A stretch of 63,843 nucleotides of DNA, the filler included. It is 4 parts of 4 records of this genome, joined end to end, with 100 filler letters (N's around TTAATTAATTAA, not from the genome) between each part and the next. Parts side by side here need not be neighbours in the genome. Positions count along the whole stretch, not along the records: positions 22,918 to 40,511 come from SRR20825019_2387; positions 40,612 to 56,758 come from SRR20825019_2388; 2 more parts are not named here. One strand, written 5' to 3'. Shown here piece after piece: positions 34,701 to 44,723 of the stretch (position 1 is its first letter; every line of letters starts with the position of its first letter). Made by a program: the position numbers and the translations under genes. A model generated the notes under the pieces. It did not search any database, was not told the DNA's origin, and was given only the letters and a program-made list of their open reading frames with translations.

Positions 34701-36834
34701 CATTCAGTTTCCCACTCTTAACCACAGATGTGGAGGAATGGAACGCTGCGGGGATACTGTTGCCATAAAATATCTGCACATCACTGGGGTTGTGAACCAC
34801 AGATGGCTGTGCTGCGGTTCCACTTGCGGCGGCCGCAAAGGCAGCTGACGATCCTGGCTGCGGTTGTACAACAATAGACGTATCAGAGGGAGCGGTGGGG
34901 TTCTGAATGGCGAGGACACCTGGGGGCTTCGTATCTTTAACTGACAGCTGAACACCTGCCATAAATCGAGGGTGTTGCTGGCCACTACCGCCACCGCCGC
35001 CATGTTGTTGTTGTGGGGTTGATGATGAGTTCTTTGGGGGTGGTGCACTAGATTCAAAGGCGTTCTTAAAGGCTGGAAGGGGAATGGTCGATACAGGTGC
35101 CCACTGATGAATAATCTGTAATAGTGCTGTCAGTGAAACTGCAGAGTGTGGGGAGCGTCGTGATGATGATGATTTGCCACAACCTCCTCCTTCTGGGGTA
35201 TAAGTGGAAGGGGTACTCCTTGCTGGTACTTTAGGTAGAGATGCTTTCAGCTGCTTCTTTGCTGACGTAGTGGATGTTGTTGTCGTCGTTTTGGTGATGG
35301 GTGGTGTTGCTGGTGAGGTGGTGGTATTGCCCTTGTGAACATTATGATCTGAATTTCTTCTCTCTCTTTCCGCCACAAAGGACCGTATGTCGATTGTAGC
35401 CCCTGGCAACGCCGCAGCATCCATCGTAATGGAATAGAGGAATGTGTCACTAGTGATGGTGGTGGCTGGCATTAGGATATTGTTGTTAGTGGTGGCACCA
35501 CCAGAGGGCACTACCAACACCATTGCCAAACAATACAACAACTTCTTCTTGGCGCGGTATCTGTATATAAATCGACGGAGTAGGGGAGAGAGCAGCTGGT
35601 CAATGACTTTATTTCCCTCGATCATGTCAGCGGTCTTTTGGAAAAGCTTCTGGAAACTGTAGGCTGCAATAAAACTATTCCATACCACCAGCTTCCTGTA
35701 CGTCTCTTCCAATTCTAGTTCTGTTTCTGAGGCCAAAGCTTTCTGACGCTCGCGCTCAGAGATGCGATCATCACGTTGCCTAGTCCTCTCAGTGCGACGA
35801 GACAGGTCCATCATAAACTTGAGGGAGCGACGAAAGCGTGTTTGCTCAGCAGCCGAGCGATACTGCCCACTTGTGAAAGTGGGGACGATAGGAGCAAGAT
35901 GATGATGATTCTGATGGTGATCGCCAGAGGCGGTAGAGTTGGCCTTCCCAGCGTTAGTGGAGGATGCTCCTGTTATTACTTGTGTAGTAGTGGTACTCCC
36001 CCCTCCACCACCATTTGTATTAATGCTGTGCGAGGAGCGGCGACGCGTCAATGTGCTGGAGAAGGAGGCTTGTCGTGCAAGAGGTTGCTGCTGCTGCCTC
36101 TGCTGGAGGAGGTAATGTGCAGCGGCGGCCTCAAGGATGATATTTTGGGGGGCCATCGTAGACAGGGACGGGTTAAGGTTCATATAGACTAACGCCTCCG
36201 CAACCGCATCCGCTTCACTCGTATTGATATTATTTGTTGTCGATGCGTGGGCTCCTGTGGAGGTTGTGTTTGAAGTAGTAGGAGGGGGCATATTCAACAA
36301 GGCGAATACAAAGTGGGGGGGCTCCTGTGTGCTACTTGTTACTGCTGTTACGTTATGTGGAACTTGATGAGTTGGTGAAGTAACAACCACTCCACCCTCA
36401 TCATCAACAGGAAGGTTGTTTGTAGTTGCGGTAAGAGAGGGGATATCTAGGGTCACGCTTCCCTTGTTGTTGTTTCTACTAGATGCAATCACCTTCTGAC
36501 TCGATGCGGGGGAGTTTGCATCATCCTTATCATTATCCCCATCATCATCATTTTCATCTGAGGATACATCGTGAGTGTTGTTGGTGTTTGTTTGGCTCTT
36601 TTCCCCTGGAACTGTAAGGTGCATAGGGTGGTCATCACCGCCACTGGAACTACCACTACTTGACAGCTCATCTCCATCGACGTCAAAGACGTTTCTATTA
36701 TTGTCATTGGTACTTGACTTACTGGTGTTGTTGGTGTTGTTTATCCGTTCGAGTTGGATCATGTGAAAGCTGATGGCCTCCGTTGAGTTCTGCCGACGGA
36801 ATGATCGCGGCTTGGAATCGGATTTACGTCGCAT
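28792..36834 (-). CDS. 2680-aa protein with several degenerate cyclic-nucleotide-binding-like domains
   Basis: Repeated cNMP-like starts PLFAKWS...YHAGQYIF, HPIFTSWP...TRPGEIMI and CFNLLP...VLPGEYL. Beta-barrel ends GDVIG...VRCETDCVVYEI, SATYCEAYCISRADF and APHACVVAKISKEF. Confidence 0.7.
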   Translation of the reverse strand: MRRKSDSKPRSFRRQNSTEAISFHMIQLERINNTNNTSKSSTNDNNRNVFDVDGDELSSSGSSSGGDDHPMHLTVPGEKSQTNTNNTHDVSSDENDDDGDNDKDDANSPASSQKVIASSRNNNKGSVTLDIPSLTATTNNLPVDDEGGVVVTSPTHQVPHNVTAVTSSTQEPPHFVFALLNMPPPTTSNTTSTGAHASTTNNINTSEADAVAEALVYMNLNPSLSTMAPQNIILEAAAAHYLLQQRQQQQPLARQASFSSTLTRRRSSHSINTNGGGGGSTTTTQVITGASSTNAGKANSTASGDHHQNHHHLAPIVPTFTSGQYRSAAEQTRFRRSLKFMMDLSRRTERTRQRDDRISERERQKALASETELELEETYRKLVVWNSFIAAYSFQKLFQKTADMIEGNKVIDQLLSPLLRRFIYRYRAKKKLLYCLAMVLVVPSGGATTNNNILMPATTITSDTFLYSITMDAAALPGATIDIRSFVAERERRNSDHNVHKGNTTTSPATPPITKTTTTTSTTSAKKQLKASLPKVPARSTPSTYTPEGGGCGKSSSSRRSPHSAVSLTALLQIIHQWAPVSTIPLPAFKNAFESSAPPPKNSSSTPQQQHGGGGGSGQQHPRFMAGVQLSVKDTKPPGVLAIQNPTAPSDTSIVVQPQPGSSAAFAAAASGTAAQPSVVHNPSDVQIFYGNSIPAAFHSSTSVVKSGKLNAPSSTAPSFSLPDIRQPRRPVTDSTIDSPSTSSSSNNNKALSRQPISMPSAPLFAKWSASHVSGLLSLAKPRYYHAGQYIFYADKSAYNSGVPEPQRPPPQETATTVSSRSAKSTAGGGGVQFSEPSAVTSSDHYPTPRSTGRNATLVPPSALELDDSLMDIPHPGSHTFKRSNSMHTTLSKRGQSFLKLQKDASLASMTAGGGDKFTTNLDDTTTSLQQQQQPTLQVSSHYQQSAMSTLIDLREREQRSSSIIPAHKAGGWCDPAATIRNQNASSGNSNTNARRGSRKQSTGGGGDSSEDDDDDDLSGIFNTSAQSTSGALGFSQFRATTKSTSKKDFCNNKDGSPTTTSSSQNNFNSEVKQYLRQQLGYDGKTSLGALSSEFAGRKHGSCNLHAIVIVACGTICEFSPLSSKQRSYLQEMRRRERRLRKGLEPNDESSKTPSSGGKLDEPIELGYFTRGDVIGAPQAVLDCPFYKNVRCETDCVVYEIPVLEFLRYVYGTTSTVAASELLGSAFGEPLAPIPKAPKPPTTTQMTGNMKVISARVKTLVSSPAAGGVPPMVISSSTTTAPTTITTQARRDMITAARAVAKKIIMNHKETPAYYASTPSFLHAPSKGGTSVGSSLFRNSHPIFTSWPSDALSLLLDHSTRVATRPGEIMIRDLYSTTHMWLVTVGDCVMTTTPQALIKDITSRLLQPNCHASPSSNNTKNNATNTKDGAVDATTTANNEGICLKRAVNGKMYGVETVIPWDVQYMKNKPYLVGSAWSRAQKKPRKSSLHQTANSTAPTTTTTTTAAAAAATTTASKMKVEIIDPMTNSDNVAPTKSIIKVNSNASMTTSLRQKGKPAVVLDVPTTNHGGGGHNNQQYGSSTNLVTIASLMRRTDPTTTTSNNNYSSAHQNQDNHHTNYFGKNPSQQYVSPHNLNDDTLLSSGNKPVAMVSATYCEAYCISRADFMSVLKTFFVPTSTFHNYSSTGLVEIDTFAAFGGAGGEYGQSSPANHQQQSLLAHMTNIATHQLVNYPGREGMAVGGRLAVTPESLKASVRCFNLLPPSVLSQISKHMSIQVVLPGEYLLRSYATSARSQQLHFTPPTNLTQLLAANAKIEAAKEAADPATAAAANNRGGVQSLCTDAYVLLFGALMRIPLLTSSPSTTASSSKASEISDQFEELFPLSFHCFEECLTNHSVPYELYAPHACVVAKISKEFILESVIADHQRRRQQRKMAAYRVDSNGGAKSTKKRRDRSNSQLGMDMSDGEMSVMSRSRRTSVDSSMYGGDESDMNDSGRTSRAGSDDEELGGRRSRSNSILAASISSAKQRKTASEEAPLVYQIIQKAETVVEERYGDAFRKRGDGSPSAATAFMPLTTTKYLRGDDDITGLTKKEIRAKLEPATVKELNVLNHLTEKGSAPETNEQFMSRVRCAERALQYRKEHGENDGSSPNEITHVIGPDGRKIGISTGKSHTLEARIREEHFHNVQVELHKLGVENKVLVSLSAQLASATAFAAQESGGGAASGFTDANLDEGRDAAKLEWLRRSPQAQDETGMVLRGPLMYAEDDGEDLEFASPLRPGDRELVDRPTTANSAMLAITSSLSPLPSLTIPPSSTAFITHIDSTTNNNIAPLSKSKATKDTTEDVDWSVLRPLSNVSERQAAKNSGVTSPTNGQAPTTTLRPKIPEVPKLLSLSNAARGGDDDANTAWGRLKKQYQQGNGGSSNNNTGVVISTDVDQHSNNVVSPPLLCTTTITTSKAVADINTAEGLDAMILHLSKKKVTNTDRDKDARLLQSISPRYHAPTFQATELQRIFDQKLVESMRAGNSSSKFSAATIGAISGGGTPRHISVAPNTTRIRDISRKMDAFSASADRVSVMMTGRLAEDEKNIKRREVVASSARLSREIARSPRTLQSLPTHHHSQHQPETTAAPQHPTSSSANTIGGTVNLTLQATPQSTLFSAPKSQQVATLKKREALQKRLYN

Positions 36835-37114
36835 ACTAGAACTAAAATTAAAAGTGGTTTTGGGTTCTTTAGGTTGGAAAAATAAAATTCATTACCAACA
36901 AAAAAACGCACGCCGCAAAAATAATAATTAAACAGTTTGGTGATGTCAAAAAATGTAAAATGGACATGTTCCTCTACTTCTTGAAACAGCCTTCACTACT
37001 TTACGTTCTCTAACGTTATGCTGATAAATGATATGTATGGTTGGTGGTGTAAATACATGTTTGTGTGTTGCCATTTCGGGTGATGATGTGAGAGGAGAGA
37101 GAGCTGCGATGAAT

Positions 37115-40100
37115 CTAAACCCCCTCTATATCAGGGTCAGAGGCTTGGCGATGTCGTGATAGCGGCACTGCACCACTGCTATTGTTGATATGTGTAGCTG
37201 TCTCGGGTGCTCGGGCAGGAGTATTCTTTTGAACCATATTTCTCATTGGGGAAAGGTTCCTGCGAGTGACTCGATGCTGCGCTACACCTCCACCTCCCCT
37301 CCCACCAGCTATTACACCAGGCGTCACCCCACGCTGCTGTAGGTTGTAGTGCCGAGAGAAGGGTGCATGCAGGTCTCCCCTGATGTCCTGGGTCGGATTG
37401 ATAGTGGCGACGACGAATGCCGAGGAGAGGTCCCCGCTGGGCATGGGTAACAACGGTATGGGACTGATATTACCACTCCTCTGTTGTTGGTGTGGTACGA
37501 GCTGACCTCCACCGCCACCAGCCGCACTTGTAGTCGACGTGGACAGTAGTTGCTGTTGGTGGGGAATGGGGCTGATGTTGCGCGTAGCTAGGAGGTCTAC
37601 GGGGGAGTTCCTATTGGATGCTCCATCTTGATGTAAAGATACCCAATCCCCTCCCGCTGTTGGGGTAGCGGAGGACGATAGCGGTGGGAGTAGGCGCAGA
37701 TTCTGGGCAGACTGTTGTTGTCCTGTAGTACTTGCTCTATTTTGTGGGAGGGAGGACGCTCCTCCTCCGACTTTCTTACGACCACTACGTTGGGTACTTC
37801 CGTCAGCAGTTCCTGATTTGTGTAGCATACCTCCCCGTGCCCCCCCTCCCCCAAGCGGAGGGCGATTAAAGGCGGTAAGCATTCCCATATAGTCTGGAGT
37901 CTTAAACGAAGAGGTAGATGGTGGTGCTGCCCCTCCTGCAGGCACTGATGATGAGGATTCTCCTCCTGCTGATGACTTTGATGCCAAGGAGGGAAGTGTA
38001 ATCAGTTGATGAGGGTTGGCAGTGGTGGTTTGGGTGGGAGTCGAGGAAGAAGACTTGTTTCTGTAATTGTCGTCTTTGACGTCAAACTCATCATCATCGA
38101 AATCATCGTCACCAGGGTATTGCTGGTGTCTAATGGCTGCCCCTGCACGAAGGCTCTCGAGCTCCTCCTCCAACTCAATAATCATGCGCTCTCGAAGTTG
38201 GACTGATAAAATATCGTGGCCTCCACCTGGACGATACTCCTTAGATCTTATGACCATCTCACCACCACTACCACTACCACCCCCATCACCATTGGAGTGC
38301 TTGTTGTTCCCATCACTAGGACCGCTCCCTAAGGAGTACCCCTTCTTAGGATCCCCCTTGGAGTTCATCGCCACCTTTCCATCGATACCAACATTATACA
38401 CAGCATCAGCACCAGAAGCAATATGTTTCAATTTCTTGAATAGTCGCGCATTGATGTTATCGCTGTAGGATGTGGTTTCTAAAACGGATTGGCGCCTGGA
38501 TGCGGAGCGTCTCCTCGGAATAGAGGATAGGTTTGAATCCGTATGGGTCATTCCGAATGCTGCACTGGAGGTACTGCCCTTGAAAGATATCATAGTGTTG
38601 CTCCTCTTCAAGCCCCTCCTACCCCTTCCGCCACCGACGAGAGAATCATCATCCGAAGACTCATCAGATACTTGTGTCGCCTCATTATTCGCAGGAATCG
38701 CGATGAGAGTTTGCTGTGAGCGATGGAAGCGACTGGGGCGTTCTGCACGACAATTGAGAGCAGTCATGATGTCCTCCAGTAGGCCTCGAGATGCACGTTG
38801 CACATCCTGCATGGAAACATTAAGGGTTCCTCGTAGCTGTGTGTGGTCAATTGTGGTAGTAGCGGAAGCGGATTGGTTGAAGGTCTTGATGGCACTACGA
38901 AGCACCCCATCCACCTTATTAGGACCATCTGTTGTTGTGGTGATGGTAGACTGGGGATAACCCATTACCTTGGCGGCCTTGGTGGAAATAGCACAGAGCT
39001 GTCTGAAGTGCTTTTGGACCTCTGTGCAGATGGAGATGTCCATAGGTGTGACGACTGGTGGTTGGGTGGACCCAGCATTAACACTGCTGGATAGGCCCCG
39101 CTCTGCACTCCGACCGAATGATCGTGCAAGTGCCGAAGCAGTGTTACCCCTCGCACCACCAGGCGTAGGAGTGAAAGCAAAGGACCCCACTCCTCCCCTA
39201 CCGCTGGGAGTGACGGCACTGTGGTTGGCGATACGATGGAATGAAACAGGGGACGACATGACAGACGTGATGGCTGACATTACACTTGTGGGATTCGCAA
39301 TTGCTGATGCAATAGCCTCATCTGGGGTTGGGGATGATGCTGGTCCACCTCCAGTTGTTGATGTAGGTGCGGTTGAGTTGCCATCGACAAAGAAGGATAC
39401 AACATTACTCCTTCGAGAAGGGCGGTCATGTGTAAGAGAGGATAGTGGAGGTGGTTTCTGCTGAGTTCGATTGACGACATTTTGGACGACAAAAGACTCC
39501 CAATTTTGTTGTTTTTGGGGCCGGCCACCCATATTTAGTAGCACCACGTCGGTTGTAGTAGGACGGCTTCGTGCCTGCATGACTTCCTCTGCAAGCTCGA
39601 CAGCACGTGCGATATCCGTCTCACAAACAAACGTATCCCCTACCATAGTCATGAGGGTTACATCACTGATAGTGCTGTTACTATTGCCGTGTTGCTGATT
39701 AGGTCCCGCAATGAGAGCCTTCATGACCTCCCGCACGGCATGAATACTCTTGGCACTCTCCTCCGACAACAGCCTTCGTGCGTCGTACTGATACGCCTCA
39801 CAGTTATTAGTCGTGGTAAGGGTGGTAAGCTGTGCTCCTCCTGATGTTGTGGAAGTTGTAGAGGGAGACGGATGTGGAGTAGTGACTAATACCATCATCG
39901 ACATGCTTAGCACTCGTACCATGGTGTTGTGTACGTGTTGCACAAGAGTATGCCTATCATTGATAGCAGGAATGGCAGCCGTTCGGTTAGTATTTCCATA
40001 GTAAACAGATATGAAGGAAATAAGGGGAGATAGAAGTGTATCCACCACTTCGGATAGCTGACTAGCAGTAACAGAGGATGATGATGAAGAGGCATGTCTC

Positions 40101-40511
40101 ATGACGGCGATACAGGAGGCCCTACAGCGGACGGTCTTGGCATAGACAGAGAGGTTCTTTGCAATATACTGACCCTCCTCCCGAATGGATCTAAGGGCTG
40201 CTGATATTGGGTCATGGTCGCCGTTCCCATTCATCACATTGCTGGAATTCTCGTCATTGGTAGCACATGTAGTAGCGGCAGTAAGGGCCGCGGAGGAGCT
40301 GCTCTCTTCAACGAACATGACGGACTGTTGGGATTTCATAGGGGAGGCTGGCTCCTCCTTGGTGTCAGTCAACGTATGCTCTTCGGCTATACTTAACATG
40401 CCATCGTTGAACTTTGGACGAGACTCAAACATTTTAGGTACCATCAATATGTACGTATTTGCTTGCGTCTCTTCGTCGTCGTGGAGGATGTTGTTGATGG
40501 TTGTGGAGCGG
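37115..40511 (-). CDS. Large low-complexity hypothetical protein, 5'-truncated by contig end
   Basis: Reading frame is open from the contig edge to the TAG at 37115. No family recognised. Confidence 0.7.
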
Positions 40512-40611
40512 NNNNNNNNNNNNNNNNNNNNNNNNNNNNNNNNNNNNNNNNNNNNTTAATTAATTAANNNNNNNNNNNNNNNNNNNNNNNNNNNNNNNNN
40601 NNNNNNNNNNN
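40512..40611. other. Artificial contig linker
   Basis: N44-TTAATTAATTAA-N44. Confidence 0.99.
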
Positions 40612-40879
40612 CATCTGCTGATTTATCTTTTATAGATTTTGCATCATGATATTTTATTTGTAATATAAATTTTGATTTACAATTTACTTTATTATATTAC
40701 ACGCTTACATATAGTATTTAACTATAATATAGTTTTTTTATTATTTCAGAATAAAAAATACTATTGAAATTATAATAATTTATTAATTAATTATTAAGAC
40801 TCTTTAAAGAAATTTCTATTTTAGTATGTATTAGATTATATACATAAAATTATGAACTTTTATAAAATATAATTATTAC

Positions 40880-40915
40880 TTGCAGATATTGTAAATATTC
40901 ACTAATATGCCGGCC
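40880..40915 (+). promoter_or_regulatory. Putative sigma70 promoter of the mnmA operon
   Basis: TTGCAG-17 nt-TAATAT followed by a GC-rich discriminator GCCGGCC in otherwise very AT-rich DNA. Confidence 0.5.
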
Positions 40916-40938
40916 TTGATTTTAAAGTAAAGTTTTGA

Positions 40939-42018
40939 ATGAAAAAAGAAACTGTAGTAGTTGCTATGTCTGGTGGAGTAGATAGCTCAGTTGTAGCTGC
41001 TATTATGAAAAAAGAAGGTTATAATGTAATTGGAATTACGCTTCAGTTATATGATCAAGGTATGGTTACTAAGACTAAATCATGCTGTGCTGGTCAAGAT
41101 ATATATGATGCTAAAATGGTTGCATCAAAAATTGGTATTCCACATTATGTTTTGGATTATGAAAGTAAATTTAAAGAGGATGTTATTGATAAATTTGTAG
41201 ATTCATATGTAAGTGGAGAAACACCTCTTCCATGTGTATCATGTAATCAATCAGTAAAATTTAATGATTTATTAAATTTTTCTAAAGAACTTGGATCTGA
41301 AATATTAGCTACAGGCCATTATGTTCGTAGAATTAATGGAAATTTTGGTCCTGAACTACATACTGGAATGGATTTAAAAAAAGATCAAAGTTATTTTTTA
41401 TTTGCAACAACTAAAAATCAACTCAAACACCTATCATTTCCTCTTGGTGGAATGGATAAGGATTCAACAAGAAAAATAGCTAAAGAATTTGAATTACCAG
41501 TTTTTGATAAGCCAGATAGTCAAGATATTTGTTTTGTACCAAATGGCTCTTATAGAGATATTGTTGAAAAACTCAGACCAGATGCAAAAAAGCCAGGAGC
41601 TATTATGCATATTGATGGATATAAACTAGGTGATCATGATGGTATAATTAATTATACAATAGGGCAAAGAAGAAGAATTGATATTTCATTTAATTCAGCT
41701 TTATATGTTGTTAAAATTGATCCTCTTAATAATATAGTTTATGTAGGTCCAGAATCTGCACTTAAGAAAAAAACTTTTTATTTAAGGGATGTTAATTGGC
41801 TAGGAGAGGGTGATAAACCATTAGAAGGTGAAGAAATAGTTGTAAAAATAAGATCTACTCAAAATGCAGTTGGAGCTAAATTATTTAATATGGATAATAA
41901 AAATATTAAAGTTGAGCTAAATAATTATGAAAAAGCTATAACCCCAGGTCAAGCTTGTGTATTTTATAATAATCAAAGAGTTCTTGGGGGAGGTTGGATT
42001 AATAAGGTTTGTGAATAA
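40939..42018 (+). CDS. mnmA: tRNA-specific 2-thiouridylase MnmA
   Basis: VAMSGGVDSS, TPLPCVSCN, ATGHY, KDQSYFL, DSQDICF, YTIGQR and TPGQACVFY. Confidence 0.97.
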   Translation: MKKETVVVAMSGGVDSSVVAAIMKKEGYNVIGITLQLYDQGMVTKTKSCCAGQDIYDAKMVASKIGIPHYVLDYESKFKEDVIDKFVDSYVSGETPLPCVSCNQSVKFNDLLNFSKELGSEILATGHYVRRINGNFGPELHTGMDLKKDQSYFLFATTKNQLKHLSFPLGGMDKDSTRKIAKEFELPVFDKPDSQDICFVPNGSYRDIVEKLRPDAKKPGAIMHIDGYKLGDHDGIINYTIGQRRRIDISFNSALYVVKIDPLNNIVYVGPESALKKKTFYLRDVNWLGEGDKPLEGEEIVVKIRSTQNAVGAKLFNMDNKNIKVELNNYEKAITPGQACVFYNNQRVLGGGWINKVCE

Positions 42019-42020
42019 AT

Positions 42021-43418
42021 ATGAGATTATTTAAGAAAAAAAATTTTGATGATGCGCTTGAAACAAGTAGTGCTAGTGGTTTAAGTAAAAGTTTAACTGC
42101 TTTTGATTTAGTTATTTTAGGTCTTGGATCTATTATTGGTACTGGGGTATTTGTTCTTACTGGTCTTGTTGCTTCTACATATTCAGGACCTGCTGTTACT
42201 ATATCATATATGATTGCAGGTAGTACATGTATTTTAGTTGCACTCGTATATGCGGAACTTGCAACAATGCTTCCTACTTCTGGAGGTGTTTATACATATT
42301 CTTACGTTGCTTTTGGAGAATTTTTTGCCTGGATGGTTGGTAGTGTGTTAATAATAGAATTTGGATTTGGAGTTGCAACTGTTTCATCTGGATGGTCATC
42401 TTATATAGTAAATATTGTTAAGGCTTATGGTATAAATATACCTAATTATTTTGTTAATTCCCCGTTTGATGGAGGATATTTTAATGTGCCTGCATCTTTT
42501 ATTTTATTAGTTATTGGTTGGGTTTTATATCTTGGAACTAAGGATAGTAAAAGACTTAACGCAATGCTTGTTTTTATTAAAATGTTTGCATTACTATTAT
42601 TTGTAGTTTTTGCAATCCCTAAATTTAATATTGAAAATTTAAGTGATTTTGTACCTTTTGGATATAATAATGTTATAGTGGGAGGTTCAATGTTATTTTT
42701 TGCATATACTGGTTTTGGAGCACTTGCTGCATCTGCAGAAGAATGTAAAAACCCTAAGAGAGATTTAACTATTGGAATAATAGTTTCTTTGTTGCTTGCT
42801 ATAATTATATATGTAATAGTATCTGGTTTAGCTGTAGGAGGCAAACATTATAGTATTATGGATAATTCTAATGCATTAATGATTGAAGGAAATAAGATAA
42901 TAACTATTGCAATATCTCTTGGAGCTATTTCTGGAATGACTACTGTAATGCTTATGCAGTTATATGGTCTTAGTAGAATGTTTTATGTTATATCTAGGGA
43001 TGGTCTTGTACCTAAATTTTTATCAAGGCTTCATCCGAAATACCAAAGTCCTTATAGTTCTGTTATATTTTTTACGATATTTGGCTCACTTGTAGCTGGA
43101 TTATTACCATTTCAAATAATAAGCCAGCTTGCAAGTATGGGAGCATTAATGGATTATATATTTGTTACAATTGCTGCTATCATATTTAGGTTTATTTTAC
43201 CTAATCAGCATAGGCCATTTAAGTGTCCTTTTATTTTTATTATTGCCCCTACTGCTTTAATTGCTTGTATTTATCTATTAATGAAGCAAGTTTTATCAGA
43301 AAATTTTAATCTTTTAGTGCCAGGAAAGATTTTAATTATATGGTTTATATTAATGTTATTTTTATATCTAATTAGAGTAACATTTTTTAGATCCTCGTTA
43401 CCCAAATATGATACTTAG
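42021..43418 (+). CDS. APC-family cationic amino acid permease (Rickettsia AtrC1-like)
   Basis: LGLGSIIGTGVFVLTG, YAELATMLPTSGGVYTY, FFAYTGF and AEECKNPKRD. Multiple TM helices. Confidence 0.9.
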   Translation: MRLFKKKNFDDALETSSASGLSKSLTAFDLVILGLGSIIGTGVFVLTGLVASTYSGPAVTISYMIAGSTCILVALVYAELATMLPTSGGVYTYSYVAFGEFFAWMVGSVLIIEFGFGVATVSSGWSSYIVNIVKAYGINIPNYFVNSPFDGGYFNVPASFILLVIGWVLYLGTKDSKRLNAMLVFIKMFALLLFVVFAIPKFNIENLSDFVPFGYNNVIVGGSMLFFAYTGFGALAASAEECKNPKRDLTIGIIVSLLLAIIIYVIVSGLAVGGKHYSIMDNSNALMIEGNKIITIAISLGAISGMTTVMLMQLYGLSRMFYVISRDGLVPKFLSRLHPKYQSPYSSVIFFTIFGSLVAGLLPFQIISQLASMGALMDYIFVTIAAIIFRFILPNQHRPFKCPFIFIIAPTALIACIYLLMKQVLSENFNLLVPGKILIIWFILMLFLYLIRVTFFRSSLPKYDT

Positions 43419-43426
43419 TTATTTTT

Positions 43427-44722
43427 ATGTTGTTTGATTTACTTTTAGTTATTGATAATATTTTCTGGAGTTATATTGGTTTTATATTAATTTGTATATC
43501 TGGAATTTATTTAACCGTTAAGTCTCGTGCATTTCAATTCAAGGAGGTTTTTAAGTTAAAGCAAAACTTGTCTTCTTTAATAAAAATGAGCAAGGGTAAA
43601 ATGGATGGTATTAGTCCTTTTAAATTATATTTTGCATCTGTTGGGGGGTCTGTTGGTCTTGGTAATATTGTAAATATATCAACAGCTGTCATGATTGGTG
43701 GTCCTGGGAGTGTTTTTTGGATGTGGATAGCTTGTTTTTCAGGAATGCTTATAAAATATTCTGAGATATATTTGGGAGTTAAATATAGAGTAAAAAATAA
43801 TAAAAAAGGATATGATGGAGGTCATATATATTATTTAAAAGCAGCATTTTCAAATAAATATATTCCTTATTTGGCAGCTTTTTTATTTTGTATTTATGGG
43901 GTTGAAGTATTTCAATTTGTTGTGTTGGTAGATCAGCTTGAATATGGATTTGATTTACCTAGATTATTAATCATTATATTATTATTAATTTCTGTATTTT
44001 TTACATCATCTGGTGGTGTAAAAAGGCTTGCATCAATTTGTTTTGTTATGATGCCATTTTTTATGATTATATATATTTTAGTATGTTTATATATAATTTT
44101 TATTAATTATACATCTATATTAAGTTCTTTAACTTTAATTATAAAATCTGCATTTTATGGACATGGTCCTATTGGAGGTTTTTTAGGAAGTTCTATGTTG
44201 CTAGCTGCATATATGGGTACTTCAAAGGCAGTATATTCAGGTGATATAGGAATAGGATATGATTCAATGATTCAGAGTGAATCTAAAGTTGAAAATCCAA
44301 GGCAGCAGGCAATTTTTTCAATATATTCACTTTTATCAGATACAATTATCTGCACGTTAACATGCCTTGTTTTAATAGTTACTGGTGCTTGGAATAAGCT
44401 GAATAATTTATTGCCACTTGATGTTATTACAATTACATTAAAGCAATATTTACCTTTTTCAGATTTATTTCTAACATTATTAATATTTTTTGCAGGTTTT
44501 ACTACAATTATTGCATATTTCACAGTAGGTACTAAATGCGCAAAATTTATTAATAAAAAATATGGGGTGATAGTATATTGGTTATATGGAGGGTTTGCAT
44601 TTATATATTCTACATATTATCCTCAAGATAAGGTTGCTTTAATTATGGGAGTTACTAGTGGTTTACTTTTATTAATTAATGTACTTGGAATATTAAAACT
44701 TAGGAAACATATTGAATTTTGA
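43427..44722 (+). CDS. Alanine/glycine:cation symporter (AGCS family)
   Basis: GGSVGLGNI, IGGPGSVFWMW, KYSEIYLGVKYR, SGDIGIG, DTIICTLT and FAGFTTII. Confidence 0.9.
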   Translation: MLFDLLLVIDNIFWSYIGFILICISGIYLTVKSRAFQFKEVFKLKQNLSSLIKMSKGKMDGISPFKLYFASVGGSVGLGNIVNISTAVMIGGPGSVFWMWIACFSGMLIKYSEIYLGVKYRVKNNKKGYDGGHIYYLKAAFSNKYIPYLAAFLFCIYGVEVFQFVVLVDQLEYGFDLPRLLIIILLLISVFFTSSGGVKRLASICFVMMPFFMIIYILVCLYIIFINYTSILSSLTLIIKSAFYGHGPIGGFLGSSMLLAAYMGTSKAVYSGDIGIGYDSMIQSESKVENPRQQAIFSIYSLLSDTIICTLTCLVLIVTGAWNKLNNLLPLDVITITLKQYLPFSDLFLTLLIFFAGFTTIIAYFTVGTKCAKFINKKYGVIVYWLYGGFAFIYSTYYPQDKVALIMGVTSGLLLLINVLGILKLRKHIEF

Positions 44723-44723
44723 T

